NCBI GenBank assembly: GCA_963849325.1
Contig: CAWKHF010000010.1
Location: forward strand, 224,001 to 288,000
Reading direction: 5' to 3'
Source: an uncultured Planctomycetota bacterium
Lineage (GTDB): Bacteria; Planctomycetota; Planctomycetia; Gemmatales; Gemmataceae
Length of the DNA: 64,000 nucleotides
The notes below the pieces were generated by a model. It made no database searches and was not told the DNA's origin. It saw only the letters and a program-made list of their open reading frames with translations. This document shows, piece by piece, positions 29,280-39,961 of this stretch. The translations under genes and the position numbers were made by a program. Numbering within the stretch: the stretch's first letter is position 1; each line of letters opens with the position of its first letter.

Positions 29280-30787
29280 ATGGCGACTCCCTATCTGTTG
29301 GCGATCGATCAGGGCACGACCAGTACGCGCGCCGTCGTTTACGATGCGGAGGGTCGGACCCGCGGCAGCGCCAGCCGAGAGTTGACGCAATACTATCCAC
29401 GGCCTGGCTGGGTCGAGCACGACGCCGAGGAGATCTGGGCGTCGGTGGTGGAGGTCGTGCCCGGCGCCCTGGCCGCCGCCGGCATCGAGGCCCGCCAGCT
29501 GACGGCGCTGGGGTTGACCAATCAGCGCGAGACGGTCGTCCTGTGGGAGCGCGACGGCGGCCGGCCGATCGCTCGCGCCGTGGTCTGGCAGGACCGTCGC
29601 ACCAGCGATTTCTGCCAGTCTCGCCAGGCCGAGGAGGGCTGGCTGCGCAAGCGCACCGGCCTGGTGCTCGACCCCTATTTCTCCGCCACCAAGCTGCGCT
29701 GGCTGCTGGCGGAGGACGCCGAGTTGCGCCGCCGGGCGGAAGCCGGACAGCTGGCGTGCGGCACCATCGACAGTTTCCTTCTCTGGCGACTGACCGGCGG
29801 CCGCATACACGCCACCGACCGCACCAACGCCTCGCGCACCCTTCTCTTCAACCTGACCTCGACGCGCTGGGATGAAGACCTGTGCCGCTTCTTCGAGGTG
29901 CCGGAGTGCCTGCTGCCGGAAGTGCGGGCGAGCATGGACGATTTCGGCGTGACGGCGGACTTGCCGTTCCTGCCCGCCGGACTGCCCATCGCGGGAGTGG
30001 CCGGTGATCAGCAAGCGGCCCTGTTCGGCCAGTGCGCTTTCACGGCGGGCGAAGCGAAGTGTACCTACGGCACCGGGGCCTTCTTCTTGCAGCACCTCGG
30101 TCTTCGGCCGATCCTGTCCCGCCATCGTCTGCTGACCACGATAGCGGCCGGGGGACCGGGCGCGGTGCCGTACGCTCTGGAGGGCAGCGTCTTCATCGCG
30201 GGGGCCGCCGTGCAATGGCTGCGCGACGGTCTGCGCCTGTTCCAAAACGCGCCCGACGTTGAGGAGCTGGCCGCGCGTTCCGACGCGGACCAGCCGGTCG
30301 TGTTCGTGCCGGGCTTCGTCGGCCTCGGCGCGCCGCACTGGGTTCCAGAGGCGCGCGGCGTGCTTTTCGGCCTGACTCGCGGCACGACCGCCGCCGACCT
30401 CGGCCGGGCCACCCTCGAAGGCGTCGCTTGCCAGGTCGCCGACCTCATCGACGCCGCCGGACGCGATGCCGGCGCGCGCCTGCGCAGTCTGCGCGTGGAC
30501 GGCGGCATCGCGCGCAACGCCTGGTTCTTGCAGTGTCAGGCCGACATGCTCGGTCTTCCGATCCTGCAATCGTCGTCTTCGGAAGCGACCGCTCTCGGGG
30601 CGGCCTACCTGGCGGGTTTGCGGATGGGTGTGTGGTCCGACGAGCCGAGCTTGCGCCGGTTGGGAGCGGAGGCGAGGCGCTTCGAGCCGCGCTGCCCACC
30701 GAGGAGCGCGAGCGGCGGCTGCGCTTGTGGCATCGCGCTGTTCAGGCCGTGATCGCCTTTTACACTGATCGAAACACCTTCGTTTAG
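29280..30787 (+). CDS. glpK: Glycerol kinase, frameshift near 30695
   Basis: LAIDQGTTSTR, TNQRETVVLW, VWQDRRT, DPYFSATK, AGDQQAALFGQ, KCTYGTG, YALEGS, VDGG. Corrected tail ERERRLRLWHRAVQAV. Confidence 0.96.
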
Positions 30788-30847
30788 CCGCGACGCGCAG
30801 CGGAGCGCGGGATACTCCCGCGCTCCGCTGCGCGTCGCGGCTAAACG
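30781..30847. repeat. REP-like hairpin, CGTTTAGCCGCG family, copy 2
   Basis: Same arms as 24319-24386; contains the glpK stop codon (TAG 30785-30787). Confidence 0.92.
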
Positions 30848-30889
30848 GGTACGCCTCCTAAGCCCGCAAGAGGCGTGGGCGGCCGATTC

Positions 30890-31585
30890 TCACAATGGAC
30901 AGCCTGACCGGCAGTCGTGCTTCCGCTTGCTCTTGGTTGTGGGCTTGCGCTTGTGGATCTTCCAAGGCTTTGGCGTCTCCCGCGCTTCCTCGGACGGCGA
31001 GGACTCGGACGACTCGACCCCACCCATCCAGGTCGGCCGATACTGTTCCAGATAGCCCAGGATGTCCAGCTCCTCGTCGAGTGTCGTGTAGCCGCACGCC
31101 TTGACCTCGGCGATGGCCCGAGCGTTTTCCCAGTGCTCGAACTCCATGCGGTAAATCGCCGTGTACGCCCCGGTGCGGTGGATGCCGGCGAAACAGTGGA
31201 TGAGCACCGGGAAGTTGCGCGGGTCGCTCATGACGGCCCGGAATTTCCGCACCCCTTCCTCGACGGGCACCGAGCCGCCAACGTCGCCCCACTGACTGGG
31301 CAGAATGCGCAGGAAATTCACTTCTTCGCTTTGGCAGAATTCCTCCTCGGCCCGGTCTCGCGCCGTGGTGCCGTCGCGCAAACTGATGACCGTCTTGATG
31401 CGATAATCGTTGAGGATGCGCCGCAGTCCCTCTTTCGTCATCTGGCCGCTGCGATAGAGGACACCGGGTCGCACCACGCGGAAGTTGCGCGTCTGCGCTT
31501 GCTGATGCACGGCCCAGGCGGCCGGCCCCGCGATCAGGGCCACGACAACGATACTCCCCAGCAAAACCCGCACAGCGCCTAACAT
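30890..31585 (-). CDS. Protein tyrosine/dual-specificity phosphatase (Siw14/DSP-like) with N-terminal TM
   Basis: NFRVVRPGVLYRSGQ, IKTVISLR and the CX5R loop VLIHCFAGIHRTG. Confidence 0.88.
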   Translation of the reverse strand: MLGAVRVLLGSIVVVALIAGPAAWAVHQQAQTRNFRVVRPGVLYRSGQMTKEGLRRILNDYRIKTVISLRDGTTARDRAEEEFCQSEEVNFLRILPSQWGDVGGSVPVEEGVRKFRAVMSDPRNFPVLIHCFAGIHRTGAYTAIYRMEFEHWENARAIAEVKACGYTTLDEELDILGYLEQYRPTWMGGVESSESSPSEEARETPKPWKIHKRKPTTKSKRKHDCRSGCPL

Positions 31586-31730
31586 GGCAATGCCTCCCTG
31601 GAACGTCGCCAGCGATCGAGGGGGGCCGCCGGCGGTTACGTGGGGCGGCGATTGTAGCGAGAGGATCGATCCGGAAAAAGGCCAAGAGAAGAACGCGCTG
31701 GCCAGGCAAAATGCGGAAAAACGGTGTCCA

Positions 31731-32024
31731 TTTACGCGCGGGGGCGGGAGACCCGCTCGGTCCCGTCGGCGGCGACGAAAACGGCGCCGCGCCCGGCCCC
31801 AACATCTCGACGCCGGTAACGTGCATGTACCCGACGATGACGAATCGGTCCCAGGCGGTATCCGCCGCGTCTGGGTCGAGCAGGCCAATCACGGCCATCT
31901 GACGGCCGGGGAACACCAACTCAGGACTGGGCACGTCCACGCTGCCGCCATCGGAGCGCAGCAGCCGGAACGGCACGAACGGACGGGCCGCCAACAAGCC
32001 CCGCAGATGATCCAGCGTGAACAT
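31731..32024 (-). CDS. Small hypothetical protein (..L.ARPFVPFRL..SDG..VDV..PE family)
   Basis: Coding-like first ~95 aa of the 30858-32024 ORF; the rest of that ORF is out-of-frame read-through. 3' end approximate. Confidence 0.6.
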
Positions 32025-32038
32025 TTCCTAGCCTCCTC

Positions 32039-33379
32039 TCAAGACAGCGAGCGCGAGACCGGATGACGGGAGCCAAGAGGATAGAACAATCGGAGGACGC
32101 GCGGTCCCAGGCGTGCGACTTTCCGGCCCCAGCGTCCCAGCCAGTCCTCCCCGGGCGGCTGCGGCTGGCAGGCCGACAAGTTGGGCCGAAAGACCAACAG
32201 GAGCAAGAGGGGCAAATACCACAGAACGTACACGCCACCCTGGTCGGCGTACCAGAACTGGATGCCGAGGAGGAGGGCGGCGGACAGGGCCAGCATGTGG
32301 GCCAGGTTCTTGGGCGACGGCCAGAAGGCGGTGGCGCCGACAAGGACGACGTAGGCCAGGAAGATCGGCAAACGATAGGCCCAGTGGGAAGGAATGCCTT
32401 GCCACAGGCCGCGCGTGTCAGAATCGGGACGCAGCCAGGACGACGGCTTCCAGCCGGAAGGGAGCGTGCGCGGCATCTCGCCGTTGACCCAGAGGATGGC
32501 GCCGATGACGGCCAGGCACAGCCCAGCCGACAGGGCGAAGGCCAGGCCGAAGCGCCAGGCGCCGCGGCGGCGATAGAAGCTCAGCCACAGAGGAAAAAGG
32601 AGAGCGGGGAAGAACACCGTACCCGCCGCCAGCCCAAGGAAAGCGCCGGCCACGGTGGGACGGCGATAGAAAAACACCGTCCAGATAATCAGCGCCATGG
32701 GCCAGGCGTGGTCCCAGCGGCCGACGCCCAGCGCCGTCTCGGGCATGAGCAGATAGGTGTACGGCAAGAGCAGGTAACACGTCGCGGCGGCCATGCCGGC
32801 GTGCAGGTCGTCGAAGTGCCGCCAGCCGATCAACAGCAGGCCATGCACGATCAGAAGGTGACATACGAGTGTCAGTCCGCGTTCGACCCACAGATGCAGG
32901 GACGATTCGTCCAGCTCGGCCGGGGCCTGCTGCAAGATGACTTTCTCGCCCAGGCGTCGCATGGGGTCGATGGGCGCCGGGGCCGTCTCGCGGTAACGGG
33001 ACGGTTCGTTGGGATGGCGCACGGCCACGGCGATGAGGCTGGCGAACAGGGCGCCGGCCAACCACATCAGACCGGCCAGGCTGAGGTTCGGCGCCAGGGC
33101 CGGCCGCCGAACCAAGGTCAGGTCAAACAGGCAGCGCAGCAGATAATAGCCCGAGGCGGCCAGCAGCCACAGGTAGCCCCAGAAGCTCGCGCCGCCGCCC
33201 TCCAGAAGCAGCAGCAAGCCCGGCATCAGAAGGAACAGCGACAGCACGTCCCCGTTGCGGACACTCAGCAGGCGCGTGAACTTGAAAAACAGGGCCACCG
33301 CCAGCAACGCCGAGAAGTAGAACCAGGTCGTGGCGTTGGGCAGATTGATGTCCAGGAAAATCGAGCCGGTCGCGATCAT
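32039..33379 (-). CDS. Multi-pass membrane protein, GT-C/GT87-like
   Basis: Many TM helices; YLLLPYT, F.P...PLW.SFY and QFWYADQGGVYVLWYLPLLLL. Confidence 0.7.
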   Translation of the reverse strand: MIATGSIFLDINLPNATTWFYFSALLAVALFFKFTRLLSVRNGDVLSLFLLMPGLLLLLEGGGASFWGYLWLLAASGYYLLRCLFDLTLVRRPALAPNLSLAGLMWLAGALFASLIAVAVRHPNEPSRYRETAPAPIDPMRRLGEKVILQQAPAELDESSLHLWVERGLTLVCHLLIVHGLLLIGWRHFDDLHAGMAAATCYLLLPYTYLLMPETALGVGRWDHAWPMALIIWTVFFYRRPTVAGAFLGLAAGTVFFPALLFPLWLSFYRRRGAWRFGLAFALSAGLCLAVIGAILWVNGEMPRTLPSGWKPSSWLRPDSDTRGLWQGIPSHWAYRLPIFLAYVVLVGATAFWPSPKNLAHMLALSAALLLGIQFWYADQGGVYVLWYLPLLLLLVFRPNLSACQPQPPGEDWLGRWGRKVARLGPRVLRLFYPLGSRHPVSRSLS

Positions 33380-33485
33380 GTCCGCCCTCGCGTCGAGAGG
33401 ACGTTCCGAATAAGAGATTGTAGGGTCTGGAATGCTCCTGTCCAGCGCGCTTGCCGTTTCGCCGGGCCAACGGTGCCGCGACCGG

Positions 33486-33567
33486 CCAACCGAGCCGCGA
33501 CCGTCAGGGAGCGGTGCGTTCTCCGCTCGCTAACGCTCGCGGCTCGGGACGGTCGCGGCTCGGTTGG
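33486..33567. repeat. REP-like element, CCGAGCCGCGACCGTCAGGGAGCGG family, with duplicated right arm
   Basis: Left arm 33486-33514, right arm 33523-33547 and an extra partial arm 33548-33567. Related copy at 39861-39918. Confidence 0.85.
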
Positions 33568-33572
33568 TACGG

Positions 33573-33782
33573 TTATTTTCGAAAGACTTCGATGACGTGG
33601 GCGGTGTCCGAAAGAGAGGGCGAACCGGAGGATTGGGGCAACGGATCGGTCCTTTCCGCGGACCGCGATGCGGGTCGTGGGGCTTTCCCGCCGGCCTCCT
33701 CGTCGGTTTTCCGATCCGAGTCGGTCAGCAAGAACCACGCCAGGACGAGCAAAAAGACAGCCAGGATAGTCTGGACAATCAT
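33573..33782 (-). CDS. Possible small single-TM protein
   Basis: MIVQTILAVFLLVLAWFLL hydrophobic N-terminus followed by a polar tail; no family recognised. Confidence 0.35.
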   Translation of the reverse strand: MIVQTILAVFLLVLAWFLLTDSDRKTDEEAGGKAPRPASRSAERTDPLPQSSGSPSLSDTAHVIEVFRK

Positions 33783-33908
33783 GAAAGTGCGTCCAAATCA
33801 AACCCATCTATCTAGAACTAGGATAGCTTACGTCGCCCTCGTTTGTAAACCTCTGTTAACACTTCCACTTCCGGCGCTTCGAAAAATAAGAAAACTTGAC
33901 CGATTCGC

Positions 33909-33937
33909 TTGACTGGGCAATTTGGGTAAGATACACT
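33909..33937 (+). promoter_or_regulatory. Sigma70-type promoter candidate
   Basis: TTGACT-N17-TACACT in an AT-rich intergenic region upstream of 34095. Confidence 0.55.
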
Positions 33938-34094
33938 CATCCCCAACTGTCTCGGTGCTCGTTAGGGGTGAGCATTCGGGTCCGAGCGCTCTTCGGAAAT
34001 CTCTTCCGGGAGAGGTTGTAGTTCGGAAAGAGTGGAACGGTTTGGCTGGAGTCCATCAACCGGACTCCTGGCCCATTGCGAGAGGAGGTCCATC

Positions 34095-34646
34095 GTGAGT
34101 TTCGTGGCAACGATCGGACAGAGGGTGCGGCGCGATGCGCCGCGAGCAATTCGGGGCGTCCTGGCTGTCGGGATTCTCCTCGCTGTCCCTGCCTTCGGAC
34201 TGACGCATTTCAGTTCCGATCTGCTCGCTTCCTGGCAGGGCGGCAGTGGGGAACAGGCGACCCTGTCCGCCGGCGGGCCGTTGACGTTCGACGCACCGGC
34301 TTCGACCGTGGCCCAGCTCCAGGCTCGGGAGAAAGACTCCGCCTCGGCGCGGGAGCGGGTGGACATGCCGCTGGAGTTGGCCGTTCTCCTGACGGATTGG
34401 CAGAACACGGGCCTGACCAACGACCAGAACATCGCGATTATCGCGCAGTTCCAGCAGGTCCTCAACACGTTGGTGATTAACGAGGTCAACCTCGACCTTG
34501 GTTTGATCTTCTTCGCCCCGACCTTCAACGTGGACGTGGTCCTTCTCCTGGAACTCCAGTTCAACAACGTGTTCACGCAGGAATTTCTGGGCATCCTGAA
34601 CATCACGCTCCAGACGCCGCCGACGCCCGCCTCTCCCATGAATTAA
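34095..34646 (+). CDS. Hypothetical exported protein with an N/Q/L-rich domain lacking basic residues
   Basis: GGAGG before the GTG start, TM/signal segment, GC3-rich codons, ends TPPTPASPMN. Confidence 0.65.
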   Translation: MSFVATIGQRVRRDAPRAIRGVLAVGILLAVPAFGLTHFSSDLLASWQGGSGEQATLSAGGPLTFDAPASTVAQLQAREKDSASARERVDMPLELAVLLTDWQNTGLTNDQNIAIIAQFQQVLNTLVINEVNLDLGLIFFAPTFNVDVVLLLELQFNNVFTQEFLGILNITLQTPPTPASPMN

Positions 34647-34828
34647 GTCGGAGAGAAGGGTGACTCCGTCCTGTCGGTTCGTGAGCCGGATTTCGCCGGG
34701 AGGGTGTCCGGCCGGACAGGGTTCTCGCTGATTTTCGGGGCGTTGGACGCTTCGGGCAGCCGAAGCGTCCAGCGCCCCTTGTGCTTTCTCGATTCCCCGC
34801 TCCACCGTGCTTGGGTCTTCGCGCCATC

Positions 34829-37430
34829 ATGTCATCCCTTGGGACAGCCCCTGAGAAAGACCACCGGACGGAGGGGCGATCCCGTTCGGTCTCGTGCCTG
34901 CGTCAACGGGCGGTCGCGGCCGTGGTGGCGGGGATGGAAACGCTGTTGCTCCTCCTGATCTGTCTCTCGCCGTGGACTTACGGGGCCGTCCATCCCGGCT
35001 TCGAGTTCCTCCTCGATTGCGGCGTTGGACTGCTGCTGGCACTCTGGGGCGTGCGCATGCTCCTGGAAGGCCAGCTGAGATGGAAAAAGAGTCCGGTGGC
35101 TCTATGTTTGGCCGGTCTGTTTCTGGTCGGCGTTTGGCAAATTCTACCATTGCCCCGTTCGTTGCTCGACCCTCTGTCGCCGGCCACGGCCCGGCTGTAC
35201 CACCAACTCTTGCCCGAGCAGCCGGAGACCGTCTCGGGAGTCACCGACCAACCGACTCACCGCCCGACCGCTGGTTCGACGCTCAGCCTTTACCCCGGCG
35301 CGACCCGGCGCGAACTCGCCCGCCTGCTGGCGGTGTTCCTGGTCTTCGCCGTCGTGCGCAACAACCTCACCGCGCCGGCCGTGCTGGTCCGCCTCAGTGT
35401 CGCCGCTCTGATCAATGGCACCCTGTTGGCGTTGTTCGCCCTCGCCCAGTATTTCAGCGCGCCTCCGCACACCATCTACTGGCGTTACCCGACTCTGGGG
35501 CAAGTGTTCGGTCCGTTCATCAACCGCAATCACTTCCCCTACTACGTTAACCTGTGCATCGGCCTGGGGTTTGGGCTGCTCGTCAGCCGAGGACGACACA
35601 GCCGGGCGGATCGACGCTCCGCGGAGCAGCCCAACGCCCTGGTCCGCATCCTGCACGATCCCCTCGCCCTGTGGATCGGCGCCGCCCTGGGGCTTATGGT
35701 CAGCAGCGTCGTCGTCAGTCGTTCGCGCGGGGGAATGTTGGCCCTGGCCGGCGCGGCCGTGGTCTGCGCCGTCCTCGGCCGACTGCGCCGGGCCGGTTCA
35801 TTCCGGCTCGGTACGGTGCTGCTGGTCGGCTCGGTGGCCCTCGCCCTGTGCGGCTGGTTTGGGCTGGATCTCGTCAAGGAGCGTCTGGGCACCATCTGGA
35901 CCGGCGAAGCCTTCGACACCCGGCTGCCGTTGTGGCTGCGCTCCCTGCCCATCGTGAGCGATTTCCCGCTCTGGGGGACGGGCTACGGGACCTATGGTTA
36001 CGTCGAACCGATGTACCGCGTCGAGGTCCCTCCGGGCGAGGCGTTCATCCTGTACGATCACGCTCACAACGACTATCTCGAAGTCCTGGTGGAATGCGGC
36101 ATCCCGGGGTTATTGCTGGCCCTGCTGACCATCGGGATCGTCTACCGGCTCGGCTATCGCGCGCTGAGCGTCCACCGGGACGGCCGTGGCGGCCTGGCGC
36201 TGGGGGCGCTGTTCGCCTTCACCACATTCGTCCTGCACAGCTTCGGCGAATTCGGGTCTCACGTGCCGGCCATCACCCTGATGGCGACGGTGATCTGCGC
36301 CCGATCTCTGCGCCCTGGGCCGGCGGAACCGTGTACCGAGAGAGCTGTCGGTGACAGACCCAGCGGCGGCCGGCGCCGAGGACGAATACGGCCTTCGTCT
36401 CGGCGGGACTGCCCCCGTCCTGGGGGCGGCCGCGGCCCTGTCCCTGGGGTTGGTGCTCAGCGCCGCCGGCTGGAAGGCCCATCAGATCAACCGTCTGCAC
36501 GAGGCGGCCTTCCGGGCGGGCGAGGACAACGAGGACCAACTTCGTCGCCGGGTTGCCTTGCTCGCCGCCGCCGCTCGCCTGGTACCGGACGACGCCAACC
36601 TTCTTTGCGAACTCGGACACGCCCGCACACGTCTGTTCGAGAAAACCTCCCGTGGCCTTCCGCCCCAGCGTGGTCCCGAGACGGCGGCGTCGGCGCAGGC
36701 GCTGCAAGCGTACTTGCGGGCGCGAGACGCATGTCCCATCCTGACCGACGCGCAGCTGGGCGTCGCCGCCCTGATGCCTCGTCTGGAGAAGGGGGATCCG
36801 CAAGAAGAATACCTCCGCCGTGTCAAGCTGCTCTCTCCGAGCCAGGCCGAACGCTGGTTCCTGTGCGGCCGGCTGGAGCTGGAAGCCGGACGCGAGGACG
36901 ACGCCTGGGCCAGCTGGAGGCGTTCCCTGCAGCTGTCGGATACGTACCTGTCGCAAATCCTGCCCCGGACGGTTCGGCGTCTGACGCCGGAGCAGCTGAT
37001 CGAAAAGGTACTGCCGGAGGATGCGGGTGTGTTGCTCAGCGCAGCGGCTCGCCTTCACCCGGATAGCGAGGCGGTCGAGGAACGACGCCCCTTCCTGGAG
37101 AAAGCCTTGCGCGTGCTCGACGCGAAATCGAGACAGCTCGCCGCGCGCGATTGGCGTGTGAAAGCGCTGACCCACCAGGCGCTGGGCCAACCGGAAAAGG
37201 CAGTCGAAGCGTATCGGGAGATGCTCGGCCGCGAGCCGCACCGCGTCGAATGGCGCTACGAATTCGCCCGCTACCTGTACGAACTCCACCAGCTGGACGA
37301 GTCGCGCCGCGAGCTGGTCATCGTCTTGAATCAGGATCCCAGCCACGGTTTGGCGCGGGAGTTGATCGAGACCGTCACGGCGGAACTGCTGCGCGAGAAG
37401 TGGGCCGATCGGAAAGGGAAAAGGGAATAG
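34829..37430 (+). CDS. O-antigen ligase (Wzy_C) family membrane protein with C-terminal TPRs, frameshift near 36300
   Basis: FGPFINRNHF, SRSRGG, DFPLWGTGYGT and HAHNDYLE motifs; TPR tail in ORF 36351-37430. Confidence 0.88.
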
Positions 37431-37498
37431 GGAATAGGGAATAGAGCGCGGCTTCCTCTCTTGCCCCTATTCCCTATTCCCTATTCCCTATTCCCTTT
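37416..37498. repeat. Inverted heptamer tandem repeat (GGGAATA)n / (TATTCCC)n
   Basis: 3-4 units per arm between convergent genes; contains both stop codons. Confidence 0.9.
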
Positions 37499-38183
37499 CT
37501 GCTGCTGGGATCAAAAAGGCGAAGTCGGTCGCCTGGAGCCAGCGATGGATCTCGGTGATGTGGCAGTAGTATCCTTTGCCCCGGTTGGCGCCGCTGGCGA
37601 TGCCGAGGACATGGCCGCGGCGATCGAGGAGGGGTCCACCGGATCGGCCGGACATCTGGGCGGCGGCCGTCTCCCAGAACAGGGCCGACTTCCCTTTCTC
37701 TCCGCGGCGGACGAGCCGGGCCGCCGTCACCTTTTCAAGAAGACACACCGGCGCTCGCGCCACCCCGCAGCCGACGCTGAGCGCCGCAAATTCGTCCTTC
37801 TTCGGCACCAGCCCAAGAGAGCAGAGGGGAAGACTGTCCGGCGGTGGATCGTCCGTAGTGAGGCGAAGTAAAGCGAGATCGCGCAGGTCTCGGGTGCGGG
37901 CGACGACCTCGGCTTTGTCATGGACCTTCGCCGGACGTGGGTACGAGTCCGCGGAGAACGTGCTGATCTCCAGGCGCGTGGGGCGGTTGAGGAAGTGGGC
38001 GGCCGTCAAGAGGTAGACCGCCTTGTCCTTCCGGCCGATGACGACGCCGCTGCCCTCGATTTTCTCGGTACGATTGACGATCCGCACCGTCGCGGCCGCC
38101 GCCCGCTGTTGCAATTCCTTGCTGAACTCCTCCGACTCGACGAGTTGTCCGGGTGTCAGCAACAAGAGCAGCCACGGTGCCAT
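37488..38183 (-). CDS. Trypsin-like (S1) serine protease
   Basis: GSGVVI, LLTAAH, DLALL and GRSGGPL catalytic triad motifs; signal-like N-terminus. Confidence 0.88.
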   Translation of the reverse strand: MAPWLLLLLTPGQLVESEEFSKELQQRAAAATVRIVNRTEKIEGSGVVIGRKDKAVYLLTAAHFLNRPTRLEISTFSADSYPRPAKVHDKAEVVARTRDLRDLALLRLTTDDPPPDSLPLCSLGLVPKKDEFAALSVGCGVARAPVCLLEKVTAARLVRRGEKGKSALFWETAAAQMSGRSGGPLLDRRGHVLGIASGANRGKGYYCHITEIHRWLQATDFAFLIPAAERE

Positions 38184-38219
38184 GAATCGCTTGCCTTCCA
38201 GCAGAAAAAAGATAGTCAT

Positions 38220-38273
38220 CCGAGCCGGAAGCGTGAGCGAAGAAGGCAATCTTCGCTTACGCTTCCGGCTCGG
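38220..38273. repeat. REP-like hairpin (CCGAGCCGGAAGCGT..GCGAAGA family)
   Basis: CCGAGCCGGAAGCGTGAGCGAAGA...TCTTCGCTTACGCTTCCGGCTCGG. Confidence 0.8.
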
Positions 38274-38400
38274 TTGTTCTCCAAGACGCCCCTCATCTTA
38301 CGCCGTCCGCTCTGGCTGTGTAAAGGACGCCTTCCTGACATTTTCCACCTCGCCGGAAGCAGAAAAAGTTCGGGTATCGGAGTACGATTTGCCTAGATGT

Positions 38401-38429
38401 TAAAGCCGTCACAAGCGGTACGCCGATAA
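38401..38429 (+). promoter_or_regulatory. FliA/sigma28-like promoter candidate
   Basis: TAAA-N17-GCCGATAA (perfect -10 box, spacer 2 nt longer than the E. coli consensus) ~80 nt upstream of 38509. Confidence 0.4.
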
Positions 38430-38508
38430 AGACCCGCAGATTCACCGTCGTTGCGCCTGCGGCGTGCCGGCGAAGGCACGAAGATGCCATCGTTGAGGGT
38501 AGCTAATC

Positions 38509-39309
38509 ATGCGGTGGAAACGGATTGTCGGCGTGATCGGCCTGTGTCTGGGCGCGTCCGGCTGCCAGCTGGCCTCCGACATCACCCGTAACGCGGTCTT
38601 CGAGACCTACCTGTGTGCCAACGACATCAAGAGCAAAGTCTACTACCCGTGCGTGGCTCGCTCGGCCTGGAAAGAATATCAAGGCTGCCACCCCGACCTG
38701 TCCGATTCCAAGGACTTCGCCAAGGGCTTCCGGCTCGGTTACGCCGACTACCTGGAGTACGGCGACGGGCCATCGCGCCAGGTTCCGCCCATTCGTTACT
38801 GGAAGCTGCGCAACGAGACCGCGGAGGGCCGCGCCGCCTCGGAACGATGGATGGCGGGATTTCGGGCCGGGGCGGAGGCGGCCAAGGCGAGCGGACAGCG
38901 CGAGCTGATCGTCGTCCCAGTCGGCGATCGTGGTTCCGTGCCACCCGTGCCGTCTCCGGCGCCGCCCACCGGCCCACCGCTCGGCGAACCTCTTCCGACT
39001 CCCCAGGGACCGATCGCGCCGCCCATTCCGCAGGGACCGACATCGCCGCCTCTCCCGCAAGGGTTGACACCCCCTCCGGTGCCGGAACTGCCTCACCCAC
39101 GCTCGGTCTCGTCCTTGCCCTACTGGCAGACTAGCTGGCAAGGGCAGGCGGCCGTTCCCGTTGCTCCAACCCCGCCGTCCTCGCCGGGGCTTGAACCGAA
39201 AGGGCCGATCCTGGCACAAGAAGACAATTCTGCTCGCTTTCATCTCTATTCCGACGAGAACTGCGTGCGTCAAACGACCGTGCGAGGATTCTGGCGGCCG
39301 GCCGATTGA
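38509..39309 (+). CDS. Hypothetical lipoprotein with Pro-rich region
   Basis: Lipobox LGASGC, DFAKGFRLGYADYL..G and W.AGF.AGAEAAK motifs, long Pro-rich tract. May join the next ORF across an indel. Confidence 0.7.
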   Translation: MRWKRIVGVIGLCLGASGCQLASDITRNAVFETYLCANDIKSKVYYPCVARSAWKEYQGCHPDLSDSKDFAKGFRLGYADYLEYGDGPSRQVPPIRYWKLRNETAEGRAASERWMAGFRAGAEAAKASGQRELIVVPVGDRGSVPPVPSPAPPTGPPLGEPLPTPQGPIAPPIPQGPTSPPLPQGLTPPPVPELPHPRSVSSLPYWQTSWQGQAAVPVAPTPPSSPGLEPKGPILAQEDNSARFHLYSDENCVRQTTVRGFWRPAD

Positions 39310-39877
39310 GGATGGCGACGAAGCGCGGACGGATCAGGAGCGGCCTCCGTCGGTCGGGGAAGACCTCGCGCGCCTCCGGGAAATCGCGGCGGGAGGCGAG
39401 GCCGGAGTTCCGCACAGCCCGGAGTTGCTCTATCAGGTCGCCATGATGGCGCTGCGGGGAGGCTCCCGCGAAGAAGGGCTGGGCTGGCTGCATCGTGCCC
39501 TTCGGGAAGACCCCCACTACGAACCCGCCCTCAAGGCGCTGGCGGACTGCTACGCGCATCGCGGCGACCACGCTCTCGGGACGGAAGGACGTCCCCCGAC
39601 CGCGGCGAAGGCGGCGGACACAAGAGCCTTTGCGCGAGAGGGGATGCGCGGTTCGCAGGTGCTCTACCAGGTCGGCATGGCCGCCCTGCGTACCGGGGCC
39701 TTCGCGGAAGGGCTGCGCTGGCTAAATGACGCCCTGCGGGAAAACCCCAATCATGCGCCCACCCGCGCCGCGCTCACCAATTACTACCAGCACAACTGGC
39801 GACTCCAGTCGTACATCCAGGTGTCGCGGGGTGGGGATCGATTAACGATAGCGGACCAAACCGAGCCGCGACCGTAA
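39310..39877 (+). CDS. TPR-repeat protein or C-terminal part of the 38509 gene
   Basis: Internal duplication LLYQVAMMALR..EEGLGWLHRALREDPHY / VLYQVGMAALR..AEGLRWLNDALRENPNH; no clear own start. Confidence 0.6.
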
Positions 39878-39918
39878 GGGAGCGGGGCTCTCTCCGCTCC
39901 CTTACGGTCGCGGCTCGG
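39861..39918. repeat. REP-like hairpin, CCGAGCCGCGACCGT family
   Basis: CCGAGCCGCGACCGTAAGGGAGCGG...CCGCTCCCTTACGGTCGCGGCTCGG; supplies the TAA at 39875-39877. Confidence 0.88.
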
Positions 39919-39961
39919 ACAGCATCAGGTGCGGAATATGGGTCTGGCTCCAGGATGCAAA

